This document shows positions 1-9,362 of a stretch of DNA of 64,000 nt, piece after piece; the first letter of the stretch is position 1; every line of letters begins with the position of its first letter. A program made the position numbers and the translations under genes. The stretch spans positions 22,710 to 86,709 of IMG/VR virus record IMGVR_UViG_2675903036_000001; one strand, given 5' to 3'. Below the pieces are notes generated by a model. The model worked only from the letters and a program-made list of their open reading frames with translations, was not told the origin of the DNA and searched no databases. Source of the DNA: a virus (Duplodnaviria > Caudoviricetes).

Positions 1-13
1 GAGGAAGTAAGGA

Positions 14-652
14 ATGGGAAAATCTGAGATGGAAGAATTGGTCAAAGCCATCGCTGTAACGGCTGAATTGACCGGAACAGAGTTATCGATTGATGCAGCC
101 AGGGTCATGGCTATGGACTTGTCTGAATACCCGATTAATCAGGTACTGGCTGCTTTGACGAAATGCAGACGTAGCCTGAGCGGAAGGCTTACGGTTCAAG
201 CCGTTATCAGCAGAATTGATGATGGAAGACCTGGGCCGGAAGAGGCTTGGGCTATGGTCCCAAGAGACGAAAGCGCATCTATTGTTTGGACTGATGAAAT
301 GGCGCAGGCGTTTGGCATAGCCAATTCGTTGATTTGTGACGGGAGTACGATTCAAGCCCGTATGGCTTTTATTGAGTCATACAAAAGGTTATGTGATGAG
401 TCGCGTGAGCAAAAGATACCTGTTAGATGGACTCCATCGCTAGGGCATGACAAAAGAGGCCGCGAGTCAGTTCTGATGGATGCTGTGATGAAAGGACGCT
501 TAGCTGCTAATCATGCTCTTGGCCTACTGCCTCATATCGATGGATCGGATGCTAAAGAAAATCTTCTTGCGATTATTAGATCAACTGATCGTCTCATTAA
601 GATTAAAGCAATTGATCAATCTCCCAAATTAACCGAGAAAGAGTTTGCTTGA
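14..652 (+). CDS. phage replication-region protein (helicase-loader/P-like, tentative)
   Basis: 212-aa ORF with a purine-rich RBS; DGRPGPEEAWA motif resembles proteins that follow phage replication initiators. Confidence 0.45.
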   Translation: MGKSEMEELVKAIAVTAELTGTELSIDAARVMAMDLSEYPINQVLAALTKCRRSLSGRLTVQAVISRIDDGRPGPEEAWAMVPRDESASIVWTDEMAQAFGIANSLICDGSTIQARMAFIESYKRLCDESREQKIPVRWTPSLGHDKRGRESVLMDAVMKGRLAANHALGLLPHIDGSDAKENLLAIIRSTDRLIKIKAIDQSPKLTEKEFA

Positions 653-698
653 TAAGCGACAGAAAAAGCAAATAAACGAAGGGAAGAGGAAAAAGAAA

Positions 699-887
699 AT
701 GATTGGCCCTGTTAGCGATTACACGATTTTAAAAGAATCCGAGATGCCCGATCTGATTGATCGCGTTTGCCAATGCATCACGCTAGGCTGGGAGCCGCTT
801 GGGTCGCCATTTGCAGATGGTGGTAATCATATTTCTGGCAGGCAATGGTGCCAGGCAATGGTCAAGAGGGAGGGAAGTAGGAAATGA
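699..887 (+). CDS. DUF1737-like small phage protein
   Basis: YTIL...GWEPLGSPF...QAMVK pattern; ATG at 699 preferred over the track start at 645. Confidence 0.5.
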   Translation: MIGPVSDYTILKESEMPDLIDRVCQCITLGWEPLGSPFADGGNHISGRQWCQAMVKREGSRK

Positions 888-1072
888 GCGGGGAGCATTT
901 TTACAGTTGCGCAATCGTCGATAGAAATAACCATCCGCTACATGACACATCAATGTCTGGATTGAATGAGAAAGACCTGCAGAAAGTCGCGGATATCTAC
1001 AATGATGCAGCGCCTATGAATGCGGATACTAACGCGCCATACCGTGTGGTTAAGCTGTTTTTCAAGGATTAG
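884..1072 (+). CDS. hypothetical phage protein
   Basis: ATGA overlap with the upstream gene; operon packing. Confidence 0.5.
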   Translation: MSGEHFYSCAIVDRNNHPLHDTSMSGLNEKDLQKVADIYNDAAPMNADTNAPYRVVKLFFKD

Positions 1073-1078
1073 AGAGAG

Positions 1079-1558
1079 ATGCAGCAAGTTCGCAAGAAAC
1101 CGTCCAAAGAAAAATTGATGTTCAAGGTGACTAAGGGTGCGCTTGTGCCGGCAGATTCTTACACGTCTGAAAGGCTAAGAGTGCGCAGGTATCGGATTGG
1201 TGACTTAGTGGCGGTGATCATCTCCAAAATCCGTTCGCCTGGTTTTAATCGGCTAGCTCATCGTATCGGGCAGTTGGTTGTAGCTAATATCGATGATTTT
1301 CATGGGATGGACGCTCATGACGCGCTTAAAAAAATCCAGCTGGAAGGGAACATTGCCTGCGATGAAATGATGGTGGATTTTGGTGAGGGTGAAGTGAAAT
1401 ATCGCATACCGAGAAGCTTGTCTTTTGAGTCGATGGAGGAAGGGGAATTCAGGCAGGTTGCGGTGAAATTTTGCGAGTACATCGCAAATCGGTATTGGCC
1501 TGATCTTGATCCAGAGCAGATTGAGCACATGGCTCAGAGTTTTGTGGAGGCGGCGTGA
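1079..1558 (+). CDS. DUF1367/NinB-like phage protein
   Basis: RSPGFNRLAH and PRSLSFESMEEGEF motifs typical of this family. Confidence 0.55.
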   Translation: MQQVRKKPSKEKLMFKVTKGALVPADSYTSERLRVRRYRIGDLVAVIISKIRSPGFNRLAHRIGQLVVANIDDFHGMDAHDALKKIQLEGNIACDEMMVDFGEGEVKYRIPRSLSFESMEEGEFRQVAVKFCEYIANRYWPDLDPEQIEHMAQSFVEAA

Positions 1559-2553
1559 AAGCTTACTACAACGAATTTGATCGCGATGCTGCTGCTTGGC
1601 TGCGGCAGCTAATTAATGGTGGATTGATTGCTGACGGGGAAGTGGATGAGCGAAGCATTACTGAAGTTGAAGCAAATGACCTTGTGGGATTCGACAGATG
1701 CCATTTTTTCGCTGGGGTTGGAACTTGGGACTATTGCCTTAACGAAGCTGGATGGGGAAATAGACCGGTCTGGACAGCAAGCCTTCCCTGCCAGCCTTTC
1801 AGTGTCGCCGGAAAAGGATTCGGTAAGTCTGATGAACGGCACTTGCTCCCACACTTCGTTGAATTGGTCAGACAGTGCAAGCCTGACACTTTGTTTGGAG
1901 AGCAGGTTGCGTCAGCAATTCGCCACGGTTGGCTCGATGATTTACATGCAGAAATGGGTAAAGAAGGTTACGCCGTCGGGCATTGCGTATTCGGAGCACA
2001 CAGCATCGGCACCGCGCACATCAGACAAAGGCTTTACTGGGTTGCCAACTCCATTCGCACCGGATCACAAGGGAAGGTATCAGGGCGGGAGGACGAGAAA
2101 CGGCAAGCTCTCGAAAGACTCACTGGATGTCGTGGCGCAGATAGCTGGATGGGCATCACCAACAGCAACAGACTCAAGCAGAGGAGTGAAGCCGCCGAGG
2201 CCGCACGATACAGGAATACCGTTGACGCAACAGGTGGGGTTGATAGCCGGGTGGAGCACTCCAAGAGCAAACAAATGGGGATTCCCGGACAGTCACGGAA
2301 GCGACGAGAGGCCGATGTTGTCGAATGGCTCTACTGCCGAGACAACAAATACCGGCCAGTTAAATCCGGCCTTAAGCCGCTGGTTGATAGGACTTCCACC
2401 GGAGTGGTGTACAGCGGCAATCAAAACCAAGAGATCAATGCCGACTACTCGCTTGAAGCAAAAACAATGAGGTTAAGAGGGTATGGCAACGCCATTGTGG
2501 CAGGGTGTGGGATTGAGTTTATTTCAGCATTTATGGATGTGATGCATGACTAA
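1555..2553 (+). CDS. C5 cytosine DNA methyltransferase (alpha-type chain)
   Basis: motif I FFAGVG, catalytic PCQ, EQV, HIRQRLYWV (VIII), LRGYGNAIV (X). Confidence 0.85.
   Translation: MKAYYNEFDRDAAAWLRQLINGGLIADGEVDERSITEVEANDLVGFDRCHFFAGVGTWDYCLNEAGWGNRPVWTASLPCQPFSVAGKGFGKSDERHLLPHFVELVRQCKPDTLFGEQVASAIRHGWLDDLHAEMGKEGYAVGHCVFGAHSIGTAHIRQRLYWVANSIRTGSQGKVSGREDEKRQALERLTGCRGADSWMGITNSNRLKQRSEAAEAARYRNTVDATGGVDSRVEHSKSKQMGIPGQSRKRREADVVEWLYCRDNKYRPVKSGLKPLVDRTSTGVVYSGNQNQEINADYSLEAKTMRLRGYGNAIVAGCGIEFISAFMDVMHD
1628..2470 (+). CDS. overlapping +1-frame ORF, probable methyltransferase beta chain (TRD-like repeats and motif IX-like segment); true start uncertain
   Basis: 280 stop-free codons nested in the MTase gene; LPTP/WASP/WSTP repeats and GQLNPALSRWLIGLPPEW. 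Confidence 0.55.
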   Translation: MLTGKWMSEALLKLKQMTLWDSTDAIFSLGLELGTIALTKLDGEIDRSGQQAFPASLSVSPEKDSVSLMNGTCSHTSLNWSDSASLTLCLESRLRQQFATVGSMIYMQKWVKKVTPSGIAYSEHTASAPRTSDKGFTGLPTPFAPDHKGRYQGGRTRNGKLSKDSLDVVAQIAGWASPTATDSSRGVKPPRPHDTGIPLTQQVGLIAGWSTPRANKWGFPDSHGSDERPMLSNGSTAETTNTGQLNPALSRWLIGLPPEWCTAAIKTKRSMPTTRLKQKQ

Positions 2554-2836
2554 AGCAGAAAAAGACCATATGTCTGCAGTTGCCTCAACCTGCTGCGTAA
2601 TCTGCCGCGAGTTCGATGGAGTGAGAACGCCCGGCCAGGTTCATCACGTTGCAGATGGTAGTAACCCTAGAAGCAGTTTCATGACGATTTGTCTTTGTGA
2701 ATCTCACCACGTTGGACATGTGGGGCTGCACGGCATGGGCCCAAAGAAGTTCTGCAAATTATTCAGATTGCCGAATGAGTTTTATCTGCTTGGGCTGCAG
2801 AACAAATATCTGGCGATAGATAGAGGATCGAGATGA
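2546..2836 (+). CDS. Ref-like/HNH-type small nuclease
   Basis: CVIC...VHH...LCESHH...GLH zinc/HNH pattern. Confidence 0.6.
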   Translation: MTKAEKDHMSAVASTCCVICREFDGVRTPGQVHHVADGSNPRSSFMTICLCESHHVGHVGLHGMGPKKFCKLFRLPNEFYLLGLQNKYLAIDRGSR

Positions 2837-3037
2837 ATGGATACAAGCTCAGAAGAGTATAGAGCCGCATGTGAGGCCGAAGAGGTTTTCAGACTATTCA
2901 AAACCAAAGAAGAGCGCAGGGCTTACATAGATGGTGTTGAGAAAAAAAGAGGAATCGCTGCGGCAAACAAGCTTAGATCAGATGTTTATGACGAGTGGTA
3001 TAGGAGAAAAAATGGAAGCGGAGCAGGCAATAAATAA
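2837..3037 (+). CDS. hypothetical phage protein
   Basis: 66-aa ORF abutting the upstream stop. Confidence 0.5.
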   Translation: MDTSSEEYRAACEAEEVFRLFKTKEERRAYIDGVEKKRGIAAANKLRSDVYDEWYRRKNGSGAGNK

Positions 3038-3126
3038 AAACTGGATGATTTCGTTTTTGAGTAAGTACGAGCTGTCACGATCCTTCCGTCATTTATACAA
3101 GAAGAAGAGGGAGGAGGGTTAAATGC

Positions 3127-3564
3127 ATGGCGATTTATTCGAATGAATTTAGAAAAGAGATGGAAAAGCGATTTGCAGAAAATGCGGGCTTGTCATCTGC
3201 TAAAAAGAAAAATAATACCCTGCAAGAATTACAGGCGCTAGGAAGGTTAAAGGAGCGCCAGATGAATAAGCTGGAACTGGCGTACTCTCAGCATCTTGAA
3301 GCGCTGAAAGCATGCGGATATGTGCTTTGGCACGAATTCGAGGCGGTAAAGCTTAGGCTTGCGGACAACACGCACTACACGGTTGATTTCATGGTGATGA
3401 GAGCCAACGGCGAGCTGGAAGCTCATGAAGTAAAGGGCGGGTATGCGTTTGACGATTCGTTGGTTAAGCTGAAATGCGCGGCAGAGAAATTTCCCTGGCC
3501 ATTCTACCTGGTGAAAAAGGGCAAGGACGGTACCTGGGATATCAGCAAGGTGGAAAATAAATGA
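3127..3564 (+). CDS. DUF1064-like PD-(D/E)XK nuclease
   Basis: NKLE..Y, YTVDF, HEVKG motifs; GGAGG RBS. Confidence 0.7.
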   Translation: MAIYSNEFRKEMEKRFAENAGLSSAKKKNNTLQELQALGRLKERQMNKLELAYSQHLEALKACGYVLWHEFEAVKLRLADNTHYTVDFMVMRANGELEAHEVKGGYAFDDSLVKLKCAAEKFPWPFYLVKKGKDGTWDISKVENK

Positions 3565-3764
3565 GAGAAGAGCATCTAACCCGATTGTCATTTAGAGACC
3601 CGCTCAAGGTTTTGATGGTGAAGGAATCCAGAACGTGCAAGGGGTGTGTGCATGAGCATCGTGAGCGTGCGTTTGGTCAGGACGTAGTGGTGTGCACCAG
3701 AATGGATGCTGATGGCAGACAACGCAAGCACGGCAGAAGATGTAAGGACTACAAAGAAAATTGA
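3561..3764 (+). CDS. Cys-rich hypothetical protein
   Basis: CKGC..C..C; ATGA overlap. Confidence 0.55.
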   Translation: MREEHLTRLSFRDPLKVLMVKESRTCKGCVHEHRERAFGQDVVVCTRMDADGRQRKHGRRCKDYKEN

Positions 3765-3794
3765 TGGTTGTTACTGGTGCTTAACTGACAAGGA

Positions 3795-4337
3795 ATGTTG
3801 GAGATGGAGCCTATCAAATACTTTTTAAGAGGGGATTGTCCTGGGGAATATTTCGAGTGCAGCAGATTATCTGCAACACTGACTAAATCATCGTGCGCCG
3901 ATATGTGGCGTCAAGCACGCAAGGAAAAAGATAACTTCCGTCTTCATCACTGCAGGAACTGCAAGATAGGCGCAATGCATGCCGGAGAGCATGAAATATC
4001 TACATCGCGTCTATCAGGTAAAAGAATCTGCGCCAGGTGTCACAGGCCATCCAATCGATTTATCAGCGACAATATTTGTGTGAGCTGCTACAACAGGCAA
4101 CAAGAGTGGTTGAAGGGGAAGAATGCTAAAGGCACTAAGCCGATTAAACAAAGGCCATTGAAACCAATGAGTGTGCCGTATGTAACTGGTGACGAATTGC
4201 ATATTGCAAGGGCTGTACTTGCAGAATCGACGAATGAAATGATTATTAGAATGCTGAGAGACAGTCAGAAAAACGTACGGTTTGGTTTTTATAGAAAGGC
4301 GCTTGCGATTGAAGCCAGAGAGTTGGTATCTGACTGA
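3795..4337 (+). CDS. zinc-finger-like protein (candidate regulator)
   Basis: several CxxC pairs (CRNC, CARC, CVSC). Confidence 0.55.
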   Translation: MLEMEPIKYFLRGDCPGEYFECSRLSATLTKSSCADMWRQARKEKDNFRLHHCRNCKIGAMHAGEHEISTSRLSGKRICARCHRPSNRFISDNICVSCYNRQQEWLKGKNAKGTKPIKQRPLKPMSVPYVTGDELHIARAVLAESTNEMIIRMLRDSQKNVRFGFYRKALAIEARELVSD

Positions 4338-4671
4338 TCATATCTGCCGGAACTGCTTTGGACGCATTCTGGTGAGATACAAAAGCCGGGCAATTCAGCG
4401 CGTAGAGAATGCGCAACTTGATTTGTTTGCTGATGCTTCTGGTCAGAAAACGATTAAGGAGGCTGCGGGTGAACGTGTCTGGAGGGAGGTAGGCAAGGTA
4501 TTCAGATGTGCTGATTGCGGACAGATAGCAGTTTCTGATGATCACAGGGATATCTGTTGCTGTGGTCTCAAGCTGAAAGACGGTACTGATTTAGGGATTA
4601 GATGTGTGTATTCGGATAATCCAAACGAGCCATATCAAACTGAAATTATAGCCAAGCAGATAGATGATTAA
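4282..4671 (+). CDS. zinc-ribbon protein containing QLDLF; start uncertain
   Basis: CRNC, CADC, CCCG; QLDLF at ~4414. Confidence 0.5.
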   Translation: MVFIERRLRLKPESWYLTDHICRNCFGRILVRYKSRAIQRVENAQLDLFADASGQKTIKEAAGERVWREVGKVFRCADCGQIAVSDDHRDICCCGLKLKDGTDLGIRCVYSDNPNEPYQTEIIAKQIDD

Positions 4672-4687
4672 TTAAAAGGAGAAAGAG

Positions 4688-4972
4688 GTGGAAGAACAAA
4701 ACAATGCAAGTGGAGTGCCAGAGCTTGAAGTCAGCAAGCTCGATATCAAGGATGGTGACATTCTGCTTATTCGTATTCCCGCCGGGAAGGTGCCCGATAA
4801 AGAAGCACAAATGTACTTCTCGGCATTGAGGGATAGATTAACTACTCTGGGCTTTAAAGACGTGACCGTTCTCGTTTTGGACGCAGAGATTGATATAGAA
4901 ACGCTTGATGAAAGAATCATGAGTAAGTACGGGTGGGTTAAGGCTCCTAAAGCGGAAAGTATGCTGCATTGA
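4688..4972 (+). CDS. hypothetical phage protein
   Basis: AGGAG RBS, GTG start. Confidence 0.6.
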   Translation: MEEQNNASGVPELEVSKLDIKDGDILLIRIPAGKVPDKEAQMYFSALRDRLTTLGFKDVTVLVLDAEIDIETLDERIMSKYGWVKAPKAESMLH

Positions 4973-4979
4973 TTATCGA

Positions 4980-4994
4980 TCGTGATGTTAGGTT
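4980..4994 (+). promoter_or_regulatory. putative late promoter TCGTGA-tgt-TAGGTT upstream of the terminase operon
   Basis: matches the motif repeated before 11 other late genes. Confidence 0.55.
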
Positions 4995-5049
4995 AATGTG
5001 TATTCCGGCAAGAGTACAAATCACAATAAACTGGATAGCAATTAAACAC

Positions 5050-5259
5050 ATGACATTACCTTACGATGTAGAGAGATGTAAAGGAAAGAACGCGCTTTTG
5101 TGTCAACGATGCATGCGGCGCGAACCGGGCGACCAGGTTGCGCAGTGGTTTATCACTCCGGCTTTGACGCTGGATGGCTGCCAGAATTTTATTGGTTATT
5201 CATTCCTGAACGCCAAAACGATAGAGGGAGGGCTGGTAAGTGGCTCGACTAACTCCTGA
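5050..5259 (+). CDS. small Cys-rich phage protein
   Basis: MTLPYDVERC..C..C..C; ATG at 5050. Confidence 0.45.
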   Translation: MTLPYDVERCKGKNALLCQRCMRREPGDQVAQWFITPALTLDGCQNFIGYSFLNAKTIEGGLVSGSTNS

Positions 5260-5758
5260 GCAATGGAATGATATTCGTGCCAAATTTGAAGTAGGTGCTT
5301 CTGCCAGAGAGTTATCCGCGATATTCGGTATTTCTCATACGGCAATTAATAAAAAGGCCGAGAAAGAAGGATGGACGCGGAGTATTGAACCGGCGATCAG
5401 GCGGAAAGTTTCCGAGAAAGTTTCCGGCTATGTTTCCAGTGACAACCTTTCAAAACGGGCTGAGGCGATTGATGCTGAAGCGGAGCGCCGTGCCGCCGTT
5501 ATTGAACGGCATCGTGAAGAATGGCCGACGGTTCGCGAGATGGTGGAGGCAGGCTGCAAAACTCATAGTGAGGCATCAAGTCTTGAGGAAAAGCGTATCG
5601 CGTTCGAAGACTTGAAAGCAGCCAAGATTGCGAGTGAAACGTTGAAGATCATTCAGGATGGGGAGAGGAAAGCCTGGAATTTAGATCAAATTGTGGACGT
5701 GACGACGCTTACGGATGAGCAATTGGCGGCGATAGCTAAAGGGAGAATGCCAGTTTAA
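5240..5758 (+). CDS. terS: terminase small subunit
   Basis: N-terminal HTH (ARELSAIFGISHTAINKKA..EGW), C-terminal LTDEQL, position before terL. Confidence 0.7.
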   Translation: MARLTPEQWNDIRAKFEVGASARELSAIFGISHTAINKKAEKEGWTRSIEPAIRRKVSEKVSGYVSSDNLSKRAEAIDAEAERRAAVIERHREEWPTVREMVEAGCKTHSEASSLEEKRIAFEDLKAAKIASETLKIIQDGERKAWNLDQIVDVTTLTDEQLAAIAKGRMPV

Positions 5759-5768
5759 TTACAAGAAC

Positions 5769-6680
5769 ATGGTGACTGCTAAAGATATGACCGGAATGGT
5801 GTTTGGTCGCTTCACGGTAATTCGTCGTGATTCCGAAAGAAAAAGCCATTCTGGTTCAAGGTGGATATGCCGTTGTGAATGCGGCAACGAGAAATCCATA
5901 ATTCGAGGCAATCTAATCAGTGGACAAATCAAGTCATGTGGTTGCCTCCTTCTTGGCGATCCAGCTAAGGTTTGCGGGCGAACACTTGGCGTATCCATTA
6001 ATTATTTGCCAGGAGAGAGGTTTGGTCGTTTGGTCGTAATTTCTACATGCGAATCTAAAAAAGGAATGTCTCAATTCAATACGCGCTGTGATTGTGGAAA
6101 GGATGTTACGGTTACAGGTCTGTATTTAAGAAAAAGCAAGAATCCTTCGTGTGGTTGCTACGAGTATGAAAACGCTAGAAATAGGCGATTGATAAATTTA
6201 TCTGGCGAGCGATTTGGCAAACTTACTGCTGTTGAGCGATCTGGAAAAAATTCTTCAGGCCACACATTGTGGTTGTGCAAATGTGACTGTGGATGTGAAA
6301 AGAAAGTTTCTCTTTCTTCATTGCGAAGTGGGCGCACTATTTCATGCGGGTGCGCTAAATCAGATAGTGTCGTTTGGATGCCAAATAATGCACTCAGATA
6401 TTCTCGCCATCGAGGTTCTATTCGTCGTGCGCTGAGGCATGGTGCTAATGGAAAATTCACAGAGAAAGAGATTGAAGAATTAAATAAAAAACAAAAAGGT
6501 CGCTGTGCTTATTGTGGTGCAAAGTTTGGTAACTCATATGATCGCGATCACATTCAGCCTCTGAGCAAAGGTGGAAGTAACGCGATTGACAATATTCAAT
6601 TGTTATGTCGATCTTGCAATGGTCGTAAAAATGCCAAAGATCCGTTTACATGGGCTAATGAGATTGGGATGCTGTTGTAA
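5769..6680 (+). CDS. HNH endonuclease with three Cys-rich repeats
   Basis: 3x G.RFGRL.V...C.CG...SCGC; C-terminal CAYC..DHIQPLSKGGSN...NIQLLCRSCN. Confidence 0.85.
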   Translation: MVTAKDMTGMVFGRFTVIRRDSERKSHSGSRWICRCECGNEKSIIRGNLISGQIKSCGCLLLGDPAKVCGRTLGVSINYLPGERFGRLVVISTCESKKGMSQFNTRCDCGKDVTVTGLYLRKSKNPSCGCYEYENARNRRLINLSGERFGKLTAVERSGKNSSGHTLWLCKCDCGCEKKVSLSSLRSGRTISCGCAKSDSVVWMPNNALRYSRHRGSIRRALRHGANGKFTEKEIEELNKKQKGRCAYCGAKFGNSYDRDHIQPLSKGGSNAIDNIQLLCRSCNGRKNAKDPFTWANEIGMLL

Positions 6681-8203
6681 TGGTTATTCCGTTATCTATT
6701 CGGGCAGCGGCTGAGCTGGAAATTCGCCGCCGCCGCACAGAAGAACTTAAGCGGATTAATGGTGATTCGGAAACTATACGTGAGCGTTTGGGAATGCCGC
6801 AGCTTCACCCTGCTCAAATAAGAATGCTCGCAGAAAGTCGACGTTACAATGTCGCTTCGTGTGGCAGAAGGTTCGGGAAAACTTTCCTCTCTGCTGATGT
6901 GCTCCTTGATGGCCCTCGAAAAAAGGGAGCGCTTCATGGGTACCCGGTGGCGTTGTATGCCCCCACCTATCAAACCATGCTTGAATCGTGGCGGAATCTA
7001 GTTTATCTGCTGAAACCCATTACTTCCCAGAAATCAGAGCAGAATAAGCGTATTGACCTAAATACTGGTGGGTGTATTGAGTTCTGGTCATTGGACAATC
7101 CTGATGCTGGCCGGGGCAGGAAGTATGCCACGGTAGTTATCGATGAGGCCGCCATGATAAAACGACTGGAAGAATCATGGAGTCAGAACATACAGCCGCT
7201 TTTGCTTGATTACCAAGGAGAGGCATGGATTGTTAGCACTCCGAAGGGTGATAATTTCTTCAAGACTCTGTTTGATTATGGTCATGCCGCAAATCCGGCG
7301 CGAGATGACCAATGGCAATCCTGGCAGATACCGACTTGGGAAAATCCTCATATCAATCGGGAAGATATTGAAAGAATGCGCTCTAGCATGCCTCGTTTGG
7401 CGTTCATGCAGGAGATCGAGGCGCAATTCGTAACTTTCGCTGGCACGTTCATTAAGGCAGAGCATCTCCATAGCGGTCAGCCACCGGAGGGTATGACGCT
7501 GTATCAGGGAGTTGATCTTGCAATTTCAATGAAGGAAAACGCTGACTATACTGCAATTGTTACTGTTGGTGTGGATAAGAACACAGGCCGCGTGTGGATA
7601 GTAGATGCAGAACGAAGGCGAGTTGGTTTCCGGGATGCGTTGGATTTTATCCAAAGTAAAGCGGAAAGATGGCGCCCAGAATCGATTGCTATTGAAGTGG
7701 TGCAATATCAGGCTGCTGTAGTAGAGGAATTATTGCGCTCTACCGATCTTCCTGTGCGACAGGTAAGACCAGATAAAGATAAATTGACGCGTGCACAAGG
7801 CTTGATTACACGATACGAGAACGGGCTTGTCTGGCATGCAGAGACACTTCCACAAGAGTTTATCAACGAACTATTATCGTTTGGCCCGGACTGTGAGCAT
7901 GATGATATGGTCGATGCCGCTGTTTATGGATACATGATGACTGGAGACTATGGGAAAACATTATTTATTCTGCCAAAAAATCCTGAGACAGAAGTGATGC
8001 AGAAACGTCAAGCAATGGTCGAAAGGGGTATGCCTGGCTTACCTGATGGCGTGATGGGAATACTCGAAAAGCAGCCTACGGAAAGCGAGGTGTGCGGCAA
8101 TTGCACGGCGTTCAACTCTGAAACCAAGCTGTGTGAAGAGCGGCACGTGAAGGTGCGTGCACACGATCCTGGATGTTCATTATTTGTGGAGGCGGAGGGT
8201 TGA
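6680..8203 (+). CDS. terL: terminase large subunit
   Basis: Walker A GRRFGKT, Walker B VVIDEAA, STPKG, nuclease GVDLA and HDDMVDA. Confidence 0.95.
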   Translation: MVIPLSIRAAAELEIRRRRTEELKRINGDSETIRERLGMPQLHPAQIRMLAESRRYNVASCGRRFGKTFLSADVLLDGPRKKGALHGYPVALYAPTYQTMLESWRNLVYLLKPITSQKSEQNKRIDLNTGGCIEFWSLDNPDAGRGRKYATVVIDEAAMIKRLEESWSQNIQPLLLDYQGEAWIVSTPKGDNFFKTLFDYGHAANPARDDQWQSWQIPTWENPHINREDIERMRSSMPRLAFMQEIEAQFVTFAGTFIKAEHLHSGQPPEGMTLYQGVDLAISMKENADYTAIVTVGVDKNTGRVWIVDAERRRVGFRDALDFIQSKAERWRPESIAIEVVQYQAAVVEELLRSTDLPVRQVRPDKDKLTRAQGLITRYENGLVWHAETLPQEFINELLSFGPDCEHDDMVDAAVYGYMMTGDYGKTLFILPKNPETEVMQKRQAMVERGMPGLPDGVMGILEKQPTESEVCGNCTAFNSETKLCEERHVKVRAHDPGCSLFVEAEG

Positions 8204-8233
8204 AATAAATAAAAATCTAATTGGCTATTATTC

Positions 8234-8288
8234 TACTTTTGAAATAACCGGCGCGCTTTAACACGTTCAGTTGATTGAGTCGTTGGGC
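8234..8288 (-). repeat. degenerate/truncated attC site
   Basis: minus-strand GCCCAAC just after the stop of the YkvA-like gene, with an attC-like right arm gccggttatttcaaa. Confidence 0.45.
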
Positions 8289-8292
8289 GTGC

Positions 8293-8685
8293 TCACGGTT
8301 GCGCCATGAGCGCTTCATAGCCCCACACGATGCAGAGCGCAGCCAACAGTAGCCAAATTGCGATGATTACTGCGCCAGCAACCCGGCTTACTGTTTTTCC
8401 ATTTTTAATGGTTTCCTGTGCTCGTGTTCGGCATTCAGCCAGAACAGAATGGGGAACCAGCTTGATTGCCAATGCAATACCCAGAGGTATCAGGATGAGA
8501 TCATCCAGGTAGCCAAGAACAGGCACAAAGTCCGGAATAAGATCAATAGGACTGAAGGCATAAGCAACGATACCGGCAACGAGAAGCTTGGCATACCAAG
8601 GTGTCCGTGGGTCGCGGGCAGCAAGATAAAGCGCAAAGGTTTCCGCCTTGAGATGGCGCGCGCGTTGTTTCAATTTTTCGAGCAC
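8293..8685 (-). CDS. YkvA/DUF1232 membrane protein (gene cassette)
   Basis: PRTPWYAK...YAFSPIDLIPDFVPVLGYLDD signature; GTG start after GAGG; the longer track start runs through attC. Confidence 0.85.
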   Translation of the reverse strand: MLEKLKQRARHLKAETFALYLAARDPRTPWYAKLLVAGIVAYAFSPIDLIPDFVPVLGYLDDLILIPLGIALAIKLVPHSVLAECRTRAQETIKNGKTVSRVAGAVIIAIWLLLAALCIVWGYEALMAQP

Positions 8686-8708
8686 TACCACTGCCTCGCT
8701 AAATAGAC

Positions 8709-8825
8709 GCCCAACGCCTTGGTTAACCGGCGCCGGAGCACGAAGTGCGGAGGGTACCGACATAGGCCATGAAAATGCCGAAGGCATGGCCTATGTTGGC
8801 GTCCGCGTTGAACCCCCAGTTAGGC
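8709..8825 (-). mobile_element. integron attC site
   Basis: minus strand GCCTAAC ... long imperfect palindrome ... GTTGGGC (RYYYAAC/GTTRRRY). Confidence 0.8.
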
Positions 8826-8873
8826 TGGGGAGCGTAGGCACGGTGTTGCATGTCAGTTTTAATGATGGAAGTG

Positions 8874-9338
8874 TCAAACATCGCTTTGTGAGCCACCCTT
8901 TGCACCATTCGGATAACTGATAACGGCCGCAACGTTACCAACTGGTGCCGTTACTTGAACGCCTATCACTGCTCCGTTCGCGTAGCCATCCTGTCTTCCA
9001 TCGCGATGCTTGACCTGATACGAGCCTCCAGGAAGTACCTTAATGCGCCCAGCATTAGCACCTCCTCGAGTTGATGTGTTTTGCGAATCGCAGTTCGGGC
9101 AAAGTAAACGGAGGTTTTCAGTTCTGTTGTCTCTCGAATTTCCTGACTCGTGATCCAGTATGAGCGGCAACGGCTTACCGTTCCATTGCAGTGGCACGGA
9201 AAAAAACTGGCAAGAAGAGTTATCGCATCGTTCAGGTAGGCCTTGGCGTTTTCGCCATGCTAAGTAGTGTCTGCGGACAGTTTGTCGCGACTTGGGGTGG
9301 TCGGACATACAAAGCACGGAAGTTTGGTCTGGTTGCAT
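8874..9338 (-). CDS. HNH endonuclease (gene cassette)
   Basis: LILDHESGNSRDNRTENLRLLCPNCDSQ; preceded by the GTTAGGC core site. Confidence 0.8.
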   Translation of the reverse strand: MQPDQTSVLCMSDHPKSRQTVRRHYLAWRKRQGLPERCDNSSCQFFSVPLQWNGKPLPLILDHESGNSRDNRTENLRLLCPNCDSQNTSTRGGANAGRIKVLPGGSYQVKHRDGRQDGYANGAVIGVQVTAPVGNVAAVISYPNGAKGGSQSDV

Positions 9339-9362
9339 GAGAACTTCCTATTGGTGACGAAA

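Noticed and set aside
5826-5840. Intragenic TCGTGA hits (e.g. 5826, 31933, 57144)
   Set aside because: They lack the xAxxxT hexamer at 3-nt spacing and are not upstream of genes
8686-8941. N-terminal extension of the YkvA ORF and the 72-aa and 90-aa ORFs across this region
   Set aside because: They read through the attC palindrome and are probably not coding
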